Sequence record: MZ726796.1
DNA from: Escherichia phage vB_EcoS_ASO78B
Direction: 5' to 3' (one strand)
Length of the DNA: 46,233 nucleotides
In this document: piece after piece, positions 19,176 through 28,162 of the stretch
Layout: each line of letters starts with the position of its first letter
Numbering within the stretch: the stretch's first letter is position 1
Translations under genes and position numbers: made by a program
The notes under the pieces: model-generated
The model's database searches: none
The model's input: the letters and a program-made list of their open reading frames with translations, nothing else
What the model was told of the DNA's origin: nothing

Positions 19176-19222
19176 CTGGAATATGCTAAAATCATGCTAA
19201 TCAAACAATAGGAGATTTAAAC

Positions 19223-19342
19223 ATGGGTTCAACAAACGGTCCGTCTCGTTCGCGCGCTACTGGCAACACCAAAGCTGGCGGCAAAACCGGCGCAGTGAAG
19301 CCAAACGGCTCCACCCGTTCACCATCGCGCGGTAAGAAATAA
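19223..19342 (+). CDS. small basic Gly/Ser-rich protein (39 aa)
   Basis: Hand-translated; AGGAG RBS 8 nt upstream; TAATG coupling to next gene. Confidence 0.3.
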   Translation: MGSTNGPSRSRATGNTKAGGKTGAVKPNGSTRSPSRGKK

Positions 19343-19782
19343 TGTTCGGCGCAGATATTGCCATCATGATCATGTATGTGCTGGGATTCGCCTGCACGGG
19401 CATGGTCGCGTTTCTGGTGTTCATTCCGGCAATGGCGATGTCTGCGTATCTTGGATGGGTGCTTGTTGATTCATTTCCCGCCGAATATCTGTATTACCTT
19501 GCGCAGTCTATGGTCTGGTTGCTTCCGGCTATTGCACTGCGCAAAAGTACAAAGATGGCGCTCTGCGTGCTGGCGATGAGCCTTTACGAATGGCTGGTTG
19601 CGATTGAGTCATTCGTATGGGAATTTATCACGCCTGTAGAAACGCCGCTTCATGCGCAGTACGCATTTATTATTATCGGCATCCATCTGTTCATCCTTTT
19701 CATCACTTTTAAATGGGGCGGCGAAATTGGACATTATTCTTGGCGTGGTCGCCATTGTTTTTTCGCTGATTCAAATCTATAA
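19342..19782 (+). CDS. integral membrane protein
   Basis: 146 aa with 4-5 hydrophobic helices. Confidence 0.45.
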   Translation: MFGADIAIMIMYVLGFACTGMVAFLVFIPAMAMSAYLGWVLVDSFPAEYLYYLAQSMVWLLPAIALRKSTKMALCVLAMSLYEWLVAIESFVWEFITPVETPLHAQYAFIIIGIHLFILFITFKWGGEIGHYSWRGRHCFFADSNL

Positions 19783-19814
19783 GTGCTGGAAACATATCAT
19801 CAGCGAGACTCGCA

Positions 19815-20099
19815 ATGAACGAAACACTAAGGCAGGCCGCAGAGCAGGTTATAAGCGGGACGACGGGGCAGGTGATTGACAAGGCCGGATACGCTTCTAT
19901 TGGCACAGGTATCGGCCTGAAAGTTGCAGAGCAAGCACCTGTCACGCAATCTTATTTTGAGGCTATGATTCCACACAGCCTGACAGAGTGGGCGGCAGTA
20001 GCGTCAATCCTCGGCGCTCTGTCTCTGGTAATAAAGAACCTGTTTGAAATGTGGTGGAAGGTACGGGAGTCGAAGAAAAATGGCAGCACCAACACCTGA
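19815..20099 (+). CDS. membrane-anchored protein
   Basis: 94 aa with C-terminal TMD and basic tail; weak RBS. Confidence 0.35.
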   Translation: MNETLRQAAEQVISGTTGQVIDKAGYASIGTGIGLKVAEQAPVTQSYFEAMIPHSLTEWAAVASILGALSLVIKNLFEMWWKVRESKKNGSTNT

Positions 20100-20478
20100 A
20101 GAATTAGTAAGCCAGATGGCATCCCGTGGAATGACTATCACCACAACCGATGCGTCTGGCGTTCTGTGCCTTGTGGCGTCAATCAGTGAATGCCTTGAGC
20201 TGAACTACCCAAATGATGAATGCCGACAAAATGCGATCATGCTGTGGGCTTCAATCCTGATTAGCGCAAATACCGCAGGGCGCTACGTTACCAGTCAGAG
20301 CGCACCGTCTGGCGCATCACAATCATTCGCGTATGGCAGCAAGCCGTGGGTGGCGCTGTACAATCAGATGAAACTACTGGATACAGCAGGATGCACTGGT
20401 GATTTAGTGGAAGACCCTGACGGAAGCGGCAAGCCGTGGTTTGCGGTTGTGCGTGGTTCACGTTGCGGAGGTAGATAA
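20080..20478 (+). CDS. head-tail connector / adaptor protein (putative)
   Basis: about 133 aa from MAAPTPEEL; positional call. Confidence 0.35.
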   Translation: MAAPTPEELVSQMASRGMTITTTDASGVLCLVASISECLELNYPNDECRQNAIMLWASILISANTAGRYVTSQSAPSGASQSFAYGSKPWVALYNQMKLLDTAGCTGDLVEDPDGSGKPWFAVVRGSRCGGR

Positions 20479-20599
20479 TGACTACTGGCCAAATAAAAGT
20501 AAAAGTTGGCGTGCGTAGATATTGCTTATGGCCTATGGCTGTTCTTGCTCTACTGCGCATTCCTGTGCCAAAGTGGATGTTTACTATCGAGAATGCATC

Positions 20600-20941
20600 A
20601 TGACGAGTATTGCCCGGTTTTCCTATACGCAACCATGCACTATCTGGCATAAAAGCGGCACTGACAAGTACGGCAAGCCGACTTTTGATGCGCCAGTAGG
20701 CATCATGTGCGACTACGGCTTTAATGATGATGTATCGACCGACGCGAAAGGCAATGAGATTGTGCAGAAGAATACCTTCTGGACTGAGTATGTTGGTGCT
20801 AATGTTGGTGATTACATCATGATTGGTGCGGTAACAGAAGCTGACCCGCTAGCGGCTGGCGCAAACCAGATTCTGAATGTGATTAATTATGGTTCGACTT
20901 TCAATAGGGCAGAGCCACCTGATTTTGCACTGGTGACATAA
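20600..20941 (+). CDS. head closure / head-tail joining protein (putative)
   Basis: 114 aa from MTSIARF; preceded by a 41-aa ATGA-coupled ORF at 20477-20602; positional call. Confidence 0.35.
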   Translation: MTSIARFSYTQPCTIWHKSGTDKYGKPTFDAPVGIMCDYGFNDDVSTDAKGNEIVQKNTFWTEYVGANVGDYIMIGAVTEADPLAAGANQILNVINYGSTFNRAEPPDFALVT

Positions 20942-21339
20942 TGCCAGCGAAATTAAGAGGCATTCGCCAAGCCGTAGAAAGAACATCGCAGATTGTGGAT
21001 GAGATAATAGCCACGAAAGCCGTGCGTGCGATCAAGTCAGCTACATACATCATCCGCACCGAATCAGCCACGCTGACGCCAATTGATACGTCAACGCTGA
21101 TTAACAGTCAGTTTGATACCGTGGAAGTCAGCGGAATGCGAATCACTGGCAAGGTTGGTTACTCTGCAAAATATGCGCTGTACGTCCACAATGCCAGTGG
21201 CAAACTTGCAGGCAAACCGCGCAGCAACGGCAACGGCACGTATTGGTCGCCGAATGCTGAACCTAGATTCCTGACCAAAGCAGCGCAACGCACAAAAGAC
21301 CTTGTAGATAGCGTGATTAAGAAGGAGATGACACTGTGA
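20941..21339 (+). CDS. tail completion protein (HK97 gp10-like, putative)
   Basis: 132 aa; YALYVHN..G..YWSPN..PRFL pattern of the kind seen in gp10-family proteins. Confidence 0.45.
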   Translation: MPAKLRGIRQAVERTSQIVDEIIATKAVRAIKSATYIIRTESATLTPIDTSTLINSQFDTVEVSGMRITGKVGYSAKYALYVHNASGKLAGKPRSNGNGTYWSPNAEPRFLTKAAQRTKDLVDSVIKKEMTL

Positions 21340-21710
21340 ATATGCTTGAACTGGTTGACGCATATCTTCAGGATGCCGGATTGTATGATGGCTGGACTTC
21401 GCAGTTGCAGTTCTGGAATGACACCGGAGACGGCAGCGAGCAATTTATTGTCCTGCAATCCAATGGGGGTACGCAGGTGATGGATGGCCTCGGAGGTGAC
21501 TTCTATTTCTCATTGTATATTGTCGGCAAACATGGACAGTATAACGTGTCGGATGTTGACGCTAAAGCCAATGAGATTATCGAATACATCAAAACCCATC
21601 CGATCGATTCATGCGTTAACTACATCCAGTTGCAGGCTCCGCTCGGGCGACCAATGCTGACGGAAGAGAAGCGCCCTGTGCATGAGTTGCTTTTGCGGGT
21701 TGTGAAATAA
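21336..21710 (+). CDS. tail terminator protein (putative)
   Basis: 124 aa, last + strand gene before the major tail protein region. Confidence 0.4.
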   Translation: MNMLELVDAYLQDAGLYDGWTSQLQFWNDTGDGSEQFIVLQSNGGTQVMDGLGGDFYFSLYIVGKHGQYNVSDVDAKANEIIEYIKTHPIDSCVNYIQLQAPLGRPMLTEEKRPVHELLLRVVK

Positions 21711-21712
21711 AT

Positions 21713-21738
21713 AAAGCCGCACTTGGCGGCTTTTAATT
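21713..21738. terminator. bidirectional terminator
   Basis: AAAGCCGC-ACTTG-GCGGCTTT followed by TTAATT. Confidence 0.6.
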
Positions 21739-21912
21739 ATCTTTGCTTTTTATTGAGCTGATAGCATCATCAAATGACTCGAACCTTCCGGCATATCCCC
21801 CACTGGCAAGACTAAGCAAGTACCATTTGTTAATCATTGATATAGAAGCAATGCGCCTGTTGTGGTTGTCAGCGATTCGCCAGTAATCATTATGGATTTG
21901 TTGGATTACCAT
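21733..21912 (-). CDS. small hypothetical protein downstream of tRNAs
   Basis: 59 aa from ATG 21912 with AAGGA RBS; the longer track ORF would overlap tRNA-Arg. Confidence 0.3.
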   Translation of the reverse strand: MVIQQIHNDYWRIADNHNRRIASISMINKWYLLSLASGGYAGRFESFDDAISSIKSKDN

Positions 21913-21927
21913 CGTAATTTCCTTAAC

Positions 21928-22003
21928 TGGCACACCATGCAGGATTCGAACCTGCAACCAATAGCTTAGAAGGCTACTGCTCTGTCCGTTGAGCTAATGG
22001 TGT
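21928..22003 (-). tRNA. tRNA-Arg (anticodon UCU)
   Basis: 76-nt cloverleaf read by hand: 7-bp acceptor stem ACACCAT/ATGGTGT, D-arm GCTC-AACGGACA-GAGC, anticodon loop CTTCTAA, T-arm GCAGG-TTCGAAT-CCTGC, encoded CCA. Confidence 0.8.
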
Positions 22004-22009
22004 TTGATT

Positions 22010-22097
22010 TGGCGGATAGTACAGGATTCGAACCTGTGAACCGTTTCCAGTTTATCGGTTAGCAACCGACTGCTTTCGGCCTCTCAGCCAACTATCC
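22010..22097 (-). tRNA. tRNA-Ser (anticodon GCU), type II
   Basis: 88 nt with long variable arm; acceptor GGATAGT/ACTATCC, anticodon loop TTGCTAA, T-arm ACAGG-TTCGAAT-CCTGT, encoded CCA. Confidence 0.75.
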
Positions 22098-22567
22098 GTT
22101 TATTTAGTGCTGGTTTAAGCATTGCCAGCATGCTTTCCTAATATCCAGCCCCGTAACCCATACATACCCCTACATATGATTGCGATAATGCTGGATATTA
22201 AGTGTTGTGGTGGCCGGCACTGATCTCCGGCTTGCGATGTCACGAATTTGCTACAGTAGAACGTTCACTTTGCTACTGGTCATGAGCGCATCAGCCTGCG
22301 CATTCACCACAACGGAAAGAGCACTGGCTAACCAAGCGCGCAGACTCTTCACGATTATCTGCTCAATGCTCTTACCTGTTGCGTTCCCTGACTTATTAAT
22401 CACACCTCAGGGACGCAGTGCGCCGAATTTGTTTACAAGGAATCGGAATACCTTGCTGACTTACAGGCTATTACGCCGCCATCAGAACAACATCATCGTT
22501 TGCATTTATCTTTGTGGTCAGTTTCTAAAAAGTCCGCAAAGTCGCTCACGAAAACTATCTGAAATAC

Positions 22568-22596
22568 AATCTACACCACAAAATAATCACTGTCAA
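22568..22596 (-). promoter_or_regulatory. consensus sigma70 promoter driving the tRNA transcript
   Basis: minus strand TTGACA, 17-nt spacer, TAGATT; points toward the tRNAs about 480 nt downstream. Confidence 0.55.
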
Positions 22597-22602
22597 CACC
22601 TG

Positions 22603-22611
22603 TGATATAAT
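22603..22611 (+). promoter_or_regulatory. extended -10 promoter (TGaTATAAT) for the major tail protein
   Basis: TG-n-TATAAT 36 nt upstream of ATG 22648, back-to-back with the tRNA promoter. Confidence 0.5.
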
Positions 22612-22647
22612 CACCACGTTAGCAGCTAACACAATTCGGAGATCGAA

Positions 22648-23364
22648 ATGGCTATTTGTGCAAATGATAAGGGCGTTCTGGTTGGTCGCATGACCCGCCT
22701 GTTCCTTGCTGAAGGGTGCGGCGACGCAGTTCCGGATGCAGAAGACTGGAAATATTTAGGCTCAACCACCAGTAAAGGTGTTGACTACTCGCCGCAGACC
22801 ACCACGTCGGAAGCTGATACCACTGGCGGCTTTGTTTCCACTCTCGTTACCAGCTCTGATATGACCATCAGTGCAGAGGTTGAAATCCGCAAGAATGACC
22901 CTAGCGATGAATTTGGCTTCCATCGTCTGGTTGAAATTTACACCACTGAACTTAAAGCGCGTCGCCAGCCTTCCTTGTGGGTGCGTCAGGTGACTGGTGC
23001 GACTATCGTTACCGCGTACTGTAACATCACCAGCATCAGCTACGAAGGTGGCACGAACGACATCGTGACTGGCAGCCTTGAGTTCAAGGTTTATGATTCT
23101 GACAGCGTTACCGTCGAAAGCCTTGAACCTCTGGCGTTCACTACCGACCTGCAATCAACTGGCAGCACTGGCAGCCCGTTAACCGTTGCTGTTGAAGGTG
23201 GCGTCGCTCCTTACACCTACGTCTGGCGCAAAGATGGTGTGGTTGTTGGTAGTGAGTCTGGCGCTTCACTGGCAAGCCCAACCGCTGGCGTGTATACAGT
23301 TACCGTTACCGACTCATCTACTGACCCTGAAATTATTATCAGTACGGCCTGCACAGTATCCTGA
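22648..23364 (+). CDS. major tail protein with C-terminal Ig-like domain
   Basis: 238 aa; C-terminal 75 aa resemble a Big_2-type Ig domain (GVYTVTVTD); precedes chaperone and tape measure. Confidence 0.7.
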   Translation: MAICANDKGVLVGRMTRLFLAEGCGDAVPDAEDWKYLGSTTSKGVDYSPQTTTSEADTTGGFVSTLVTSSDMTISAEVEIRKNDPSDEFGFHRLVEIYTTELKARRQPSLWVRQVTGATIVTAYCNITSISYEGGTNDIVTGSLEFKVYDSDSVTVESLEPLAFTTDLQSTGSTGSPLTVAVEGGVAPYTYVWRKDGVVVGSESGASLASPTAGVYTVTVTDSSTDPEIIISTACTVS

Positions 23365-23371
23365 TAAAGAA

Positions 23372-23397
23372 AAAGCCCCGAAAGGGGCTTTGTTTAT
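23372..23397. terminator. bidirectional terminator
   Basis: AAAGCCCC-GAAA-GGGGCTTT flanked by A-run and T-rich tract. Confidence 0.7.
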
Positions 23398-23591
23398 TCT
23401 TGTGGAGGTCCCGGTAGCGGCATCCAGTGGTCGAAGGTGGTCTGTGCTAATTCATCATATTCGTTGTACCAGTCACTCCATAACTCCCCATCCCAACAAA
23501 AAACATTTTTCTGCACTACCTCATTCACGCATACCAAAACAGCGACGTTCGTAGGAGGCATCATCTCACTACACTTAATCCACTGGCTCAT
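23394..23591 (-). CDS. DUF551-like protein
   Basis: 65 aa: MSQWIKCSEMMP..VAVLV...WDGELW...HWMPLPGPP matches the DUF551 pattern as recalled. Confidence 0.55.
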   Translation of the reverse strand: MSQWIKCSEMMPPTNVAVLVCVNEVVQKNVFCWDGELWSDWYNEYDELAQTTFDHWMPLPGPPQE

Positions 23592-23962
23592 AATCCTTCC
23601 TCATTCATCTTCAGGAAAACAATCATGGCGGCGCGGAGTGCTCCTCGTGATGATATATCTCCAATAGCGCTGCATGAACTAAAGATAAAAAATCCATTTT
23701 TATATTTTTTATCATAAACAAGCGAATCGGCATCCCACTTACAAATCGAATGATGAAGGGATATTTTACTATCAACTATGATAGGCCATGCATCTTCTGG
23801 ATTATTGCATGGGTCAAATTCAATCTCGTTAAAGTCGGCATAAGAACCCGTATCACACTCGACAAATCTAACCGGCTCGCCATCATCATTAAATGACACG
23901 CCAATAATTAGCGCTACCGCCTTATTAATCTCAAAATCACTCATCTCTTCATAATTTTTCAT
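23588..23962 (-). CDS. hypothetical protein (NinX/DUF2591-like?)
   Basis: 124 aa; MSDFEINKAVA...NNPEDAWPII resembles NinX-type proteins; weak. Confidence 0.4.
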   Translation of the reverse strand: MKNYEEMSDFEINKAVALIIGVSFNDDGEPVRFVECDTGSYADFNEIEFDPCNNPEDAWPIIVDSKISLHHSICKWDADSLVYDKKYKNGFFIFSSCSAIGDISSRGALRAAMIVFLKMNEEGL

Positions 23963-24102
23963 ATCACCTTATCCTCATCAAAAATCACGCCAATCACACG
24001 AAGCAGGTCTTTCGCCATGCGCTCTGCTTCTTCGTAGTCATAACCTGCATCGACATACAAATCAGTGTAGAAAGTCAGGTCGGCTTTTGTTTGTTCGTTC
24101 AT
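23959..24102 (-). CDS. small acidic hypothetical protein (47 aa)
   Basis: Hand-translated; ATGA overlaps with both neighbours. Confidence 0.3.
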   Translation of the reverse strand: MNEQTKADLTFYTDLYVDAGYDYEEAERMAKDLLRVIGVIFDEDKVI

Positions 24103-24293
24103 TTCTTGTCGTCGCTCTTAACTAATGCCCAAACCAGTGCGGCGACCCAACCAATAAAACTCCATCCAACGAGAATATTCAGTACGCAGATTGCAGTCCT
24201 GTTTACGTGCTTGCGTTGAAGAGCCACAAAAGATGGCAGAAGGTACACAAATATCACCAAACCAACAAAAAACAACAAAATAACAACATCCAT
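24099..24293 (-). CDS. superinfection-immunity (Imm-family)-like small membrane protein
   Basis: 64 aa, two TMDs; YLLPSFVALQRKH.NR.AI.VLNILVGWSFIGWVAALVWAL matches the Imm-family signature as recalled. Confidence 0.55.
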   Translation of the reverse strand: MDVVILLFFVGLVIFVYLLPSFVALQRKHVNRTAICVLNILVGWSFIGWVAALVWALVKSDDKK

Positions 24294-24328
24294 GACTCAC
24301 CTCATTCATCACTCGTTTCGATGACTTG

Positions 24329-24358
24329 AATCTACATCACCACCTCGCAGGTGTCAAC
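24329..24358 (-). promoter_or_regulatory. sigma70 promoter for the Imm-like operon
   Basis: minus strand TTGACA, 18-nt spacer, TAGATT, about 35 nt upstream of the Imm-like ATG. Confidence 0.5.
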
Positions 24359-24368
24359 ACCACTGAGA

Positions 24369-24377
24369 TGATATAAT
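24369..24377 (+). promoter_or_regulatory. extended -10 promoter (TGaTATAAT) for the tail chaperone/tape measure operon
   Basis: TG-n-TATAAT just upstream of ORF 24398. Confidence 0.45.
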
Positions 24378-24397
24378 CAACATCAGTCAAATTCAGG

Positions 24398-25114
24398 ATG
24401 CAAAACATGAGCTATCGCACGCCACTAACAGAAATCGGAGAGATGCGCATCTCGCTTTCTGACAGGAGTTTCTTCTTTAAGCCATCATTCCGCGCAATGA
24501 ATGAAATCGGCACACCAAAAGAAATCGTCGAGGTGTACGCAAAACTCAATGGCATTGATTATGTTGCGCCATTGCAGCACGTGGAATACCTGCCATTTGG
24601 CGCGCAGATGCAGGTTATGAAAACCATCAGCAAGCCTGTTTATGGTCGCCATGTGCTGAGTGCGGCCTATATCGTAATGCAGTCATGCTGTGAAGATGAT
24701 ATCTCTGCGCTGATTGGCGGATGGAAGCCAACTCCGCGCGGCGTGCGATACGTGCCGGGCATCATGCCAGTGAACGACATTATTATTATTGCGCGGAACC
24801 TGATGGAGCACGGCATTATTGGCAAGTCACCGCTCAAAGTGCCTGAGCGTCTGGAAGAGCAAGGCAAGAAAACCACAAACGAATTTCATGCGTCGCAATA
24901 CATCATCTCAGCACGCACGCATTTCGACATGACGCGTGATGAGGCCGAAAACCTGTCCATGACAGAGTTTCAGATGATGATTAAGAATAAATATCCAGAG
25001 CCGAAAGGGTTAACGAAAGAAGAGCGCGCGGCAGAGTACGATCAGGCTAAAGCAGACCGTGAGCGCATGAAGGCACTGGCTGAACGCAAAGCGAAAAAAG
25101 CGAGGAATACATAA
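24398..25114 (+). CDS. tail assembly chaperone (putative)
   Basis: 238 aa between major tail and tape measure; basic/acidic C-terminal tail; stop overlaps tape measure ATG. Confidence 0.5.
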   Translation: MQNMSYRTPLTEIGEMRISLSDRSFFFKPSFRAMNEIGTPKEIVEVYAKLNGIDYVAPLQHVEYLPFGAQMQVMKTISKPVYGRHVLSAAYIVMQSCCEDDISALIGGWKPTPRGVRYVPGIMPVNDIIIIARNLMEHGIIGKSPLKVPERLEEQGKKTTNEFHASQYIISARTHFDMTRDEAENLSMTEFQMMIKNKYPEPKGLTKEERAAEYDQAKADRERMKALAERKAKKARNT

Positions 25115-27486
25115 TGGCTGAAGAAGTAGGCGGAATTGTCTATGAAGTCGGGATGGATGTTAAAGGTCTGAAAGCTGGCGCGACAACAGCCAATAAGGCT
25201 TTGGATGACCTTGAATCATCACTGAATAAAACCACTGGTGAGCTTAACAAACTGGACAAAGGCGCACGCAATGCTGGCAGCGGAATGAAGAATGCTGGCG
25301 GTGCAGCTTCAGGGCTTAAAACCAGCATGTCCATGTTGGCTGGTGCAATATCCGTGTCGTTGATTATCGAATGGGGGAAAAGATTCCTTGAGGTTGCTGA
25401 TAACATGACACAGCTTCAGGCAAGAATTGCTCGCCTGTCAACTGATGCAAAAACTGCGAACGAAACATTCAGTTCACTGGCAAATATCGCATCAACCACT
25501 GGCGCAAGCCTCAGTGATACAACGAAGTTATGGGAAACGTTAACATCATCACTGAAAGAGGCTGGCGCGACAAATGCGCAGGTGCTTAACCTTACTGACA
25601 CTCTGCAAAAAATAGGTCGAATCGGCGGCTCTTCAACCGAGGAAATGGCGAACGCCTTACGTCAGTTCGGTCAGTCAATCGCATCTGGCACAATCCGCGC
25701 CGAAGAATTTAACTCCATCCTTGAACAGATGCCTGAACTTGCGCGCCAGATAGCCGCTGGACTTGGCATTTCAATGGGTGAGCTTCACGCCAGAATGCTT
25801 GACGGCAAACTGACGGCAGAAGATGCGCTAAATGCCATTCAGGACAGAACAAGCGTAGTCAATGCTGAGTTCGCAAAACTACCGCGCTCTATATCTCAGG
25901 CTACTGGCAGCCTTGAAACATCCTTTGCAAAAATGATAGCAAGCATAAACGATGCAACCGGAGCCAGTTCCACTTTTGTTTCTGTTATTGATTCCATCAC
26001 TTCAGCAATAAACAGACTTACTGGTCAAACTGTAAGTGCGGCAGAGGTTATTTCTGATTTGACGTCAACTGCCGAAATGTTCAGTCGCAGGGCAAGAACC
26101 TGGTCGTGGGTTGGCATTGACGGGTGGGCAGCACAAAATCAGGCAATAGCGGCGGTAGCAAATCAGGCTGCAACTTTGGTTTCAGACATGGATGCCGTAA
26201 CGAAGTCAACAGGAGAAGCAGCAAAAGCTCAGGCTCATTTGACAGTACCGAAAGCAGCAGAGAAAGACAAAAAGAAAAAAGGCAAGAGCGCCGAAGAACG
26301 ACAAGCTGAGTCAGTCGCTGAAAAGCTGGAGAAATTACGCCAGCAAACCATGCTCAATGCAACATCTACCAGCGAACTATCCCGCGAGCAAGCAATCCTC
26401 AACGCGCAGCAATCACTTGGCAAAGCTGCCACTCAGGAGCAAATAAAACTGGCTGGCGAGTACGCTGCGAAGATTTGGGACCAGAAGAATGCATTGAAGG
26501 AACAGGCTGCTGCGGAGAAGGAAAAGCAGCGCGTAGAACAATCATATCAGGGATTACGTGCCATTGCGTCACCAACGACTGGCATTGACAGTGAATACCA
26601 GCAACGTATGGCTGACCTTGACGCCTACGCCGCAGCATATCCGCAGAAAATCACGGAGATTGAACAGACTAGAGCAGCAATTGAAGCACAATACCGCCAG
26701 CAGCGAATGGATGCGATGTGGGCTGAATGGCAGCAACAAAGCCTCGGTGCGCAACTGTTCGGTACGGCGCTTGATTCGGCAATGAGCACAGCATCAAACA
26801 GCATCACCGGATTACTCACCGGAACAATGAGCGTTCAGGATGCCATGCGCAGCCTCGGCTCTACGGTGCTTAACTCACTGGTAAACAGTTTTGTCGAGAT
26901 GGGCGTGCAGTGGGTGAAATCTGCGGTTATGGGTCAGACAGCTCAGGTAGCAGCAACCGCTACGACAACGGCGGCGCAAACGGCAGGACTGGCAACCACA
27001 ACAGCAGCGTCGACGGCGGCGGCAGCCACCACTACCGCAGCATGGACCCCCGCTGCAATCGTTGCATCAATAGGTTCATTCGGCGGTGCGGCTGCAATTG
27101 GTGTAGGCGCGGTTCTCGGTGCACTAGCGATGGGTATTGCTGGCAAGCGCAAGAATGGCGGCCCTGTTAGCGCCGGAAGCATGTATGAAGTGGGCGAGGG
27201 AAATGCACCAGAAATATTCCAGGCGAGCACAGGCAGGCAATACATGATCCCTGGCAACTCAGGAAAGGTTATCAGCAATAAGGATATTTCCGGTGGAGGG
27301 GGCGGTGTTGTTGTTTATAATAATGTTTACAATAATTCAAGCAACGCCAGCGCAACAAGCAATGCAAGAGATAATGGTGACGGTTCGATAACGATTGAGA
27401 CTTTTATCTCTGACATGGACGAGGGAGGCCCAATGAGCCAGTCAATTTCAAGAAACTTTAACGCCAACAGAAGGGCGACAGAGTAA
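25114..27486 (+). CDS. tail tape measure protein
   Basis: 790 aa, long helical Ala/Gln/Glu-rich regions, Ala/Thr/Gly-rich hydrophobic block. Confidence 0.85.
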   Translation: MAEEVGGIVYEVGMDVKGLKAGATTANKALDDLESSLNKTTGELNKLDKGARNAGSGMKNAGGAASGLKTSMSMLAGAISVSLIIEWGKRFLEVADNMTQLQARIARLSTDAKTANETFSSLANIASTTGASLSDTTKLWETLTSSLKEAGATNAQVLNLTDTLQKIGRIGGSSTEEMANALRQFGQSIASGTIRAEEFNSILEQMPELARQIAAGLGISMGELHARMLDGKLTAEDALNAIQDRTSVVNAEFAKLPRSISQATGSLETSFAKMIASINDATGASSTFVSVIDSITSAINRLTGQTVSAAEVISDLTSTAEMFSRRARTWSWVGIDGWAAQNQAIAAVANQAATLVSDMDAVTKSTGEAAKAQAHLTVPKAAEKDKKKKGKSAEERQAESVAEKLEKLRQQTMLNATSTSELSREQAILNAQQSLGKAATQEQIKLAGEYAAKIWDQKNALKEQAAAEKEKQRVEQSYQGLRAIASPTTGIDSEYQQRMADLDAYAAAYPQKITEIEQTRAAIEAQYRQQRMDAMWAEWQQQSLGAQLFGTALDSAMSTASNSITGLLTGTMSVQDAMRSLGSTVLNSLVNSFVEMGVQWVKSAVMGQTAQVAATATTTAAQTAGLATTTAASTAAAATTTAAWTPAAIVASIGSFGGAAAIGVGAVLGALAMGIAGKRKNGGPVSAGSMYEVGEGNAPEIFQASTGRQYMIPGNSGKVISNKDISGGGGGVVVYNNVYNNSSNASATSNARDNGDGSITIETFISDMDEGGPMSQSISRNFNANRRATE

Positions 27487-27514
27487 AAAAAAGCCCCTCA
27501 CGGGGCTTTTTTTA
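27485..27514. terminator. bidirectional terminator
   Basis: A8-GCCCC-TCAC-GGGGC-T7 between tape measure stop and the convergent KilA-N gene stop. Confidence 0.75.
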
Positions 27515-28162
27515 AATCTTATCAGCGCATTTACGTACTACCCTCGGTATCGTTTCTTTCAGTTCATCCCATGAGTTGACCGCTTCCATATCCAGAAGCG
27601 TGACAAGAGACTTCTGGATGTCACTGCGTAACTGGTTAGTTTTTGCGTCCTGAGAGTCCCATGTGTCAAATCCGGTAACTTCACGGATATCTATCGACTC
27701 CTTTACTGCCTTTGCCACCTGAATGAAATGACCACTATGACCAATCCTGCCCTCTGTGCGTTCAAGCATTCTGCTGACGGCAGCATTAAGTTCCACGAAG
27801 CTTACCGCACCAATATTTCGCAATTCAACCTGCCTCTGCGTAATGAATCTGTCGATGACGAGGAAATGGAAATATGTGCTGTATTGCTCTGCTATATATA
27901 CAGCCAGATGCAAGCAAGCAAAAGTGGAACCATTTCTACCTCGTGTTGATTTTATTGCGCTATCGATACCAAGCTGCTTTTCGCACTCAGCCTTGAAATC
28001 CTTAAACGCATCAGTTGCCATTACCTGTCGTATTTCTCTCGTCCCCATCCCATTATCCAGTCGCCAGCGATTCATCTGGTTAACAAGCTCATTAACGTTA
28101 ATAAAATTTTCACGGTCGAAAGTGATCTCTCCGTACGGGAACTCTAATGTTTGCAGTTTCAT
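27512..28162 (-). CDS. KilA-N domain protein
   Basis: 216 aa; N-terminal region with INVNEL..W and IKSTRGRNGSTFACLHLAVYIAEQYSTYFHFLVIDRF fits the KilA-N pattern (RGG..GTW.HP.LA...A.WLSP.F.V.V). Confidence 0.5.
   Translation of the reverse strand: MKLQTLEFPYGEITFDRENFINVNELVNQMNRWRLDNGMGTREIRQVMATDAFKDFKAECEKQLGIDSAIKSTRGRNGSTFACLHLAVYIAEQYSTYFHFLVIDRFITQRQVELRNIGAVSFVELNAAVSRMLERTEGRIGHSGHFIQVAKAVKESIDIREVTGFDTWDSQDAKTNQLRSDIQKSLVTLLDMEAVNSWDELKETIPRVVRKCADKI

Noticed and set aside
22207-22605. 132-aa + strand ORF upstream of the major tail protein gene
   Set aside because: Begins at GTG with no RBS, has atypical amino-acid composition, and runs into the divergent promoters at 22568-22611; more likely noncoding leader of the tRNA transcript
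25094-25100. A-run (AAAAAAG) at the 3' end of the tail chaperone gene as a possible -1 frameshift site
   Set aside because: Not in the X_XXY_YYZ register of the chaperone frame, and a -1 shift would fuse the chaperone to the tape measure itself, unlike canonical G/GT frameshifts
26910-27278. Overlapping + and - ORFs inside the tape measure gene
   Set aside because: They lie in a repetitive Ala/Thr/Gly-rich segment that leaves alternative frames open by composition; no RBS
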